Assembly (NCBI RefSeq): GCF_947568905.1
Contig: NC_079168.1
Coordinates: forward strand, 72,788,001-72,852,000
DNA from: Ostrea edulis
Lineage: Eukaryota
Direction of reading: 5' to 3'
DNA: 64,000 nucleotides
The position numbers and the translations under genes were made by a program. Position 1 is the first letter of the stretch; the number at the start of each line of letters is the position of its first letter. This document shows positions 61,299-64,000 of the stretch, piece by piece. The notes beneath the pieces are model-generated. The model had not been told where the DNA came from. It worked only from the letters and a program-made list of their open reading frames with translations, and did no database searches.

Positions 61299-62196
61299 AG
61301 TGTGTACATGTGTGAGCTAATGATATAAGAGAGGGAGAGAAAATTTATTACACTATACAATATATATATATATATCCCCCCCCCCCCTCCTACTTCCTCA
61401 GTGAATGCTGGCAGTGCAGTTCTGAGCAATAAGGGATCTTGTTCATATATGTGATATTTCGTGTATTAACAATTTTTACAGTCGTCTGCGCAGCTGGGGG
61501 CAATGTGTTTATGAGATTAATTTGTATTGTTCCTCATGTTGTTAAAATATTCAGCACATTACTTCATTATGTCATTTTTCTGTGCCAGACTTATGATTTT
61601 CAGTCAAAGTGTAACCTGTAATACGAACGTGTACCCCCACAAAAAAAATACCAAAAGAATCTACGTATCCTCTATAACCATGAAAAAATTATCGTTTTAT
61701 TCAACAAAATTCCATTAATGAGCAATAAAATTCTGCAAATATATATTCTTTATCACGATTTGAACTGAAAAAACTAGCGGAAGTCAACTGATTCGAATTT
61801 AAATTACCGTAGATAAAAATTTTCTCGCACGATCAGACTTAATTTCATACCACCGGGCTCGACATTTTGTGTTCTTTCGGAATCTGATGTGTGCGCATAC
61901 ATTTAAAAATAGACTAATTTTCGATAGCACTCGCGCATGTACCATATCCTAATAGAAAGAAACAGAAGCGAGATAAATAGAATACCCGTGACGTCACAGT
62001 TTCAGACGCAGTATTTCAAATATGGCTGACTGAGCAGGAGACGGGAAGTTTGATAGTGTATACTTAACTGAGTTTTTCCTTCATAAAAAACTAAAAAAAA
62101 AGAATATACCCTGACAATTTGTTGACCCTCAGTTGGTAGAATAAACTCATCTAAGACTTCCTTTGTAACATGTTTTCTTTTTGTTGCTTTAGACAT
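56168..62196 (-). CDS. EIF1AD: Probable RNA-binding protein EIF1AD (eIF1A-domain protein), 161 aa
   Basis: Exons 62110-62196, 57590-57698, 57289-57397 and 56168-56348 (GT-AG, phases 0, 1 and 2). [14 protein letters not shown]...GRGNNLHEV...[33 protein letters not shown]...WPAEF plus an acidic tail. Confidence 0.95.
56561..57115. mobile_element. Non-autonomous DNA transposon with TTAA-flanked imperfect TIRs (Kolobok-like) in EIF1AD intron 3
   Basis: TTAAAGTAATTCCAC at the left end versus reverse complement TTAAGGTGACTCCAT at the right end. Confidence 0.5.
58257..58487. mobile_element. Degenerate Tc1/pogo-like MITE
   Basis: TACTGTATAGCAGGTTTTTTCC versus reverse complement TACCATATTGCGAGTTTTTTC; TA at both ends. 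Confidence 0.5.
59614..59827 (-). pseudogene. Exon encoding a RAG1 N-terminal-like (Chapaev/RAG1L-type) zinc-binding domain, with an in-frame stop
   Basis: [15 protein letters not shown]...[30 protein letters not shown] versus human RAG1 HQANLRHLCRICG...[25 protein letters not shown] (recalled sequence, aligned by eye). Acceptor TTTTTTCTACAG directly before AAATGG; donor GTAAAT after 59614. Confidence 0.65.
60755..61082. repeat. Four degenerate palindromic units (CAAAGTCAATYGAGTATACTAAATTGACTT) separated by (TA)/(CA)-rich tracts
   Basis: Units near 60762, 60893, 60968 and 61043. Confidence 0.65.
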
Positions 62197-62994
62197 CTCA
62201 GCAATTCATCTAAAATGTGAATAAAGAGAATCAGAAAAACTCGGGACTCTGTATTCTTTCTTATCAGTGAGCAGATGTGCACAATCATGACAATGCATCA
62301 TATAACATGTGTACACGTTTACTTTAAAAAACTACAAGAGCTAGTGACATGTTATTGAAAAAATGGATTAACATGCTACAAATATAGTTTTTAACAGATA
62401 TCTAAACTACTTCCGAACAAAATGTTTTAGTTTGTTTTATATCATACACAGAGGAAATTCAAGTTATCTAATACCTAGAAGGAAATGTGCCTTCGTCATC
62501 TACAAAATGAAATGATCTAATGATCTCGTAAATCCATACCTTGTCAAATACGACAATTGTAATGATTTGGATATTGGTATCGGAGGCTTAATGCTTAAAA
62601 ATAAACAAATATTCTTACTGCACACATTTATCAGAAAGCTCGAGATGTGATTTGATTTACAAATAATCGAATTACGAGCCCGATCTTACGGTGGCTGGTT
62701 AAGGACAGGTGGAAGAGATTTTTTTTTTTTTAATTCGTTCCTACGAAATTAATTTTGTTTCCATGAAATAAAATTCGTTCCAACATTGATCTGTATATTG
62801 TTATCTTCCTAATCGGGATACCGACCGGGACGAAAATAAAATAATAAGCATGGAACAGACAGACAAACGGATATGATGATTCCTGTAGGGCCTATACAAT
62901 TTCCTCTGTGTATGATATAAAACAAAAAGAATATTAAACTTACTTTGTGGCAGGAATAATCACAAAGATTAGTCATGTAAAGATTTATTGACAT

Positions 62995-63650
62995 AGCTCA
63001 AAGAGCTCTTGATATTGGGGGTTTTGACCACAAGCACTTGGTGTTGTTATTAGTATACAGAAGTCTTAAGTCATTTACAGAAACAAGTGCCTGTGGTTTT
63101 GACCCCAGGCCGGGGCCAAACTTAGTATTTAGTGTTTATGTGGAAACACATTTAATTAACATCTTCTTTAGCGCTATTGAAACTAAATGGGTATTTAGAT
63201 AGAGTAGGTAGTCCTTTACCAAAATTGTAAATTGGATGATCAGAGGGGTAAGGGTTTGGTTTCAAGGTGGTGGCAAAATTATAATTTAATGATTTGAAGG
63301 ACTTATTTAAGTTTGCTGATACTGTATAAAATCTATCATACTTAGGAATAGTAGAAAAGGATACAAAAATGGGGAATTTTACAATTTTGACTGTAGGATG
63401 GGTCCAGATTAGTCATATCTTTTAATGTTATTATTCTTATCATATTATGTGAAGCCTTTCATCAGTGTACATGCACTTTTGAGGGCATTGAAGTTTTAAG
63501 AACACATCTTGTTTTATGCCGTTGCTGAACATTAGAATTTAGCTTAGATATTCAGAACAGGAATTTTTTTTTCTAGATTTCATAGCCCTTGGGAGTAGTG
63601 ATACTTTGCACTAGTACTCAGGTGACCGATAAAGCCTGTGGGCCTCTTGT
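62995..63650 (-). mobile_element. Helentron/HINE-like element
   Basis: The minus strand starts ACAAGAGGCCCACAGGCTTTATCGGTCACCTGAG, a 5' end I recognise from bivalve HINEs. The other boundary is approximate. Confidence 0.6.
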
Positions 63651-63789
63651 ATTTATTCTGCTTGGTTTTTTTAAAATTTATTTATCTTGACATATTCTAC
63701 GTAGTACATAATTAACTTGTAATAAGAATTATTGGAATATATTGGAGTACTCTTTAGAACATTGTGTTCTACCCCCCCCCCCCCCCCAA

Positions 63790-63990
63790 CCCACTTTAAT
63801 TATCGATCTTAATAATAATGTTTTATTTTGATGATTTTATGGATGTAAGATTTTATGTCATACTGTCTTTTAATTGTTTGGTTTTTTTTATTGTTGCATT
63901 CCTCACTGCTACCCTTGTAAAGCGCCCTAGAGTAATTTGTTCTATATAACGCGCTATATAAATTTTATTTATTATATTATACATTATTAA
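63790..63990 (+). mobile_element. Probable LINE 3' tail
   Basis: TGTAAAGCGCCCTAGAG...AACGCGCTATATAAAT followed by a (TAT)-rich tail, a common L2/CR1-type 3' motif. Confidence 0.45.
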
Positions 63991-64000
63991 TATTTAGATC

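Overview
AT-rich eukaryotic DNA, most likely from a bivalve mollusc such as an oyster; this is inferred from the SINE and Helentron-like repeat families, not from a database search. Three spliced protein-coding genes can be reconstructed by hand from GT-AG boundaries and family motifs. (1) A 457-aa GDA1/CD39-family NTPDase (+, 44164-52126, 6 coding exons) with a signal peptide and a GPI-signal-like C-terminus. (2) A 140-aa C20orf85/CIMIP1-like ciliary protein (+, 53582-55949, 3 exons) with a dead mariner in intron 1. (3) EIF1AD (-, 56168-62196, 4 coding exons, 161 aa), convergent with gene 2. The first ~43 kb has no recognisable host gene. It is a mosaic of nested non-autonomous DNA transposons (several with intact TSDs), Helentron-like elements, tRNA-derived SINEs, Penelope-like, CR1/L2 and Bel/Pao fragments, and minisatellites. 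The most unusual observations are a RAG1 N-terminal-like zinc-binding exon inside EIF1AD intron 1, a palindrome carrying a minimal hammerhead ribozyme core on each strand, a three-level nested transposon with all TSDs intact, and a duplicated splice acceptor at the last NTPDase exon. Coordinates were counted by hand and repeat boundaries may be off by a few bp. No searches or folding programs were run, so family assignments rest on motif recognition.
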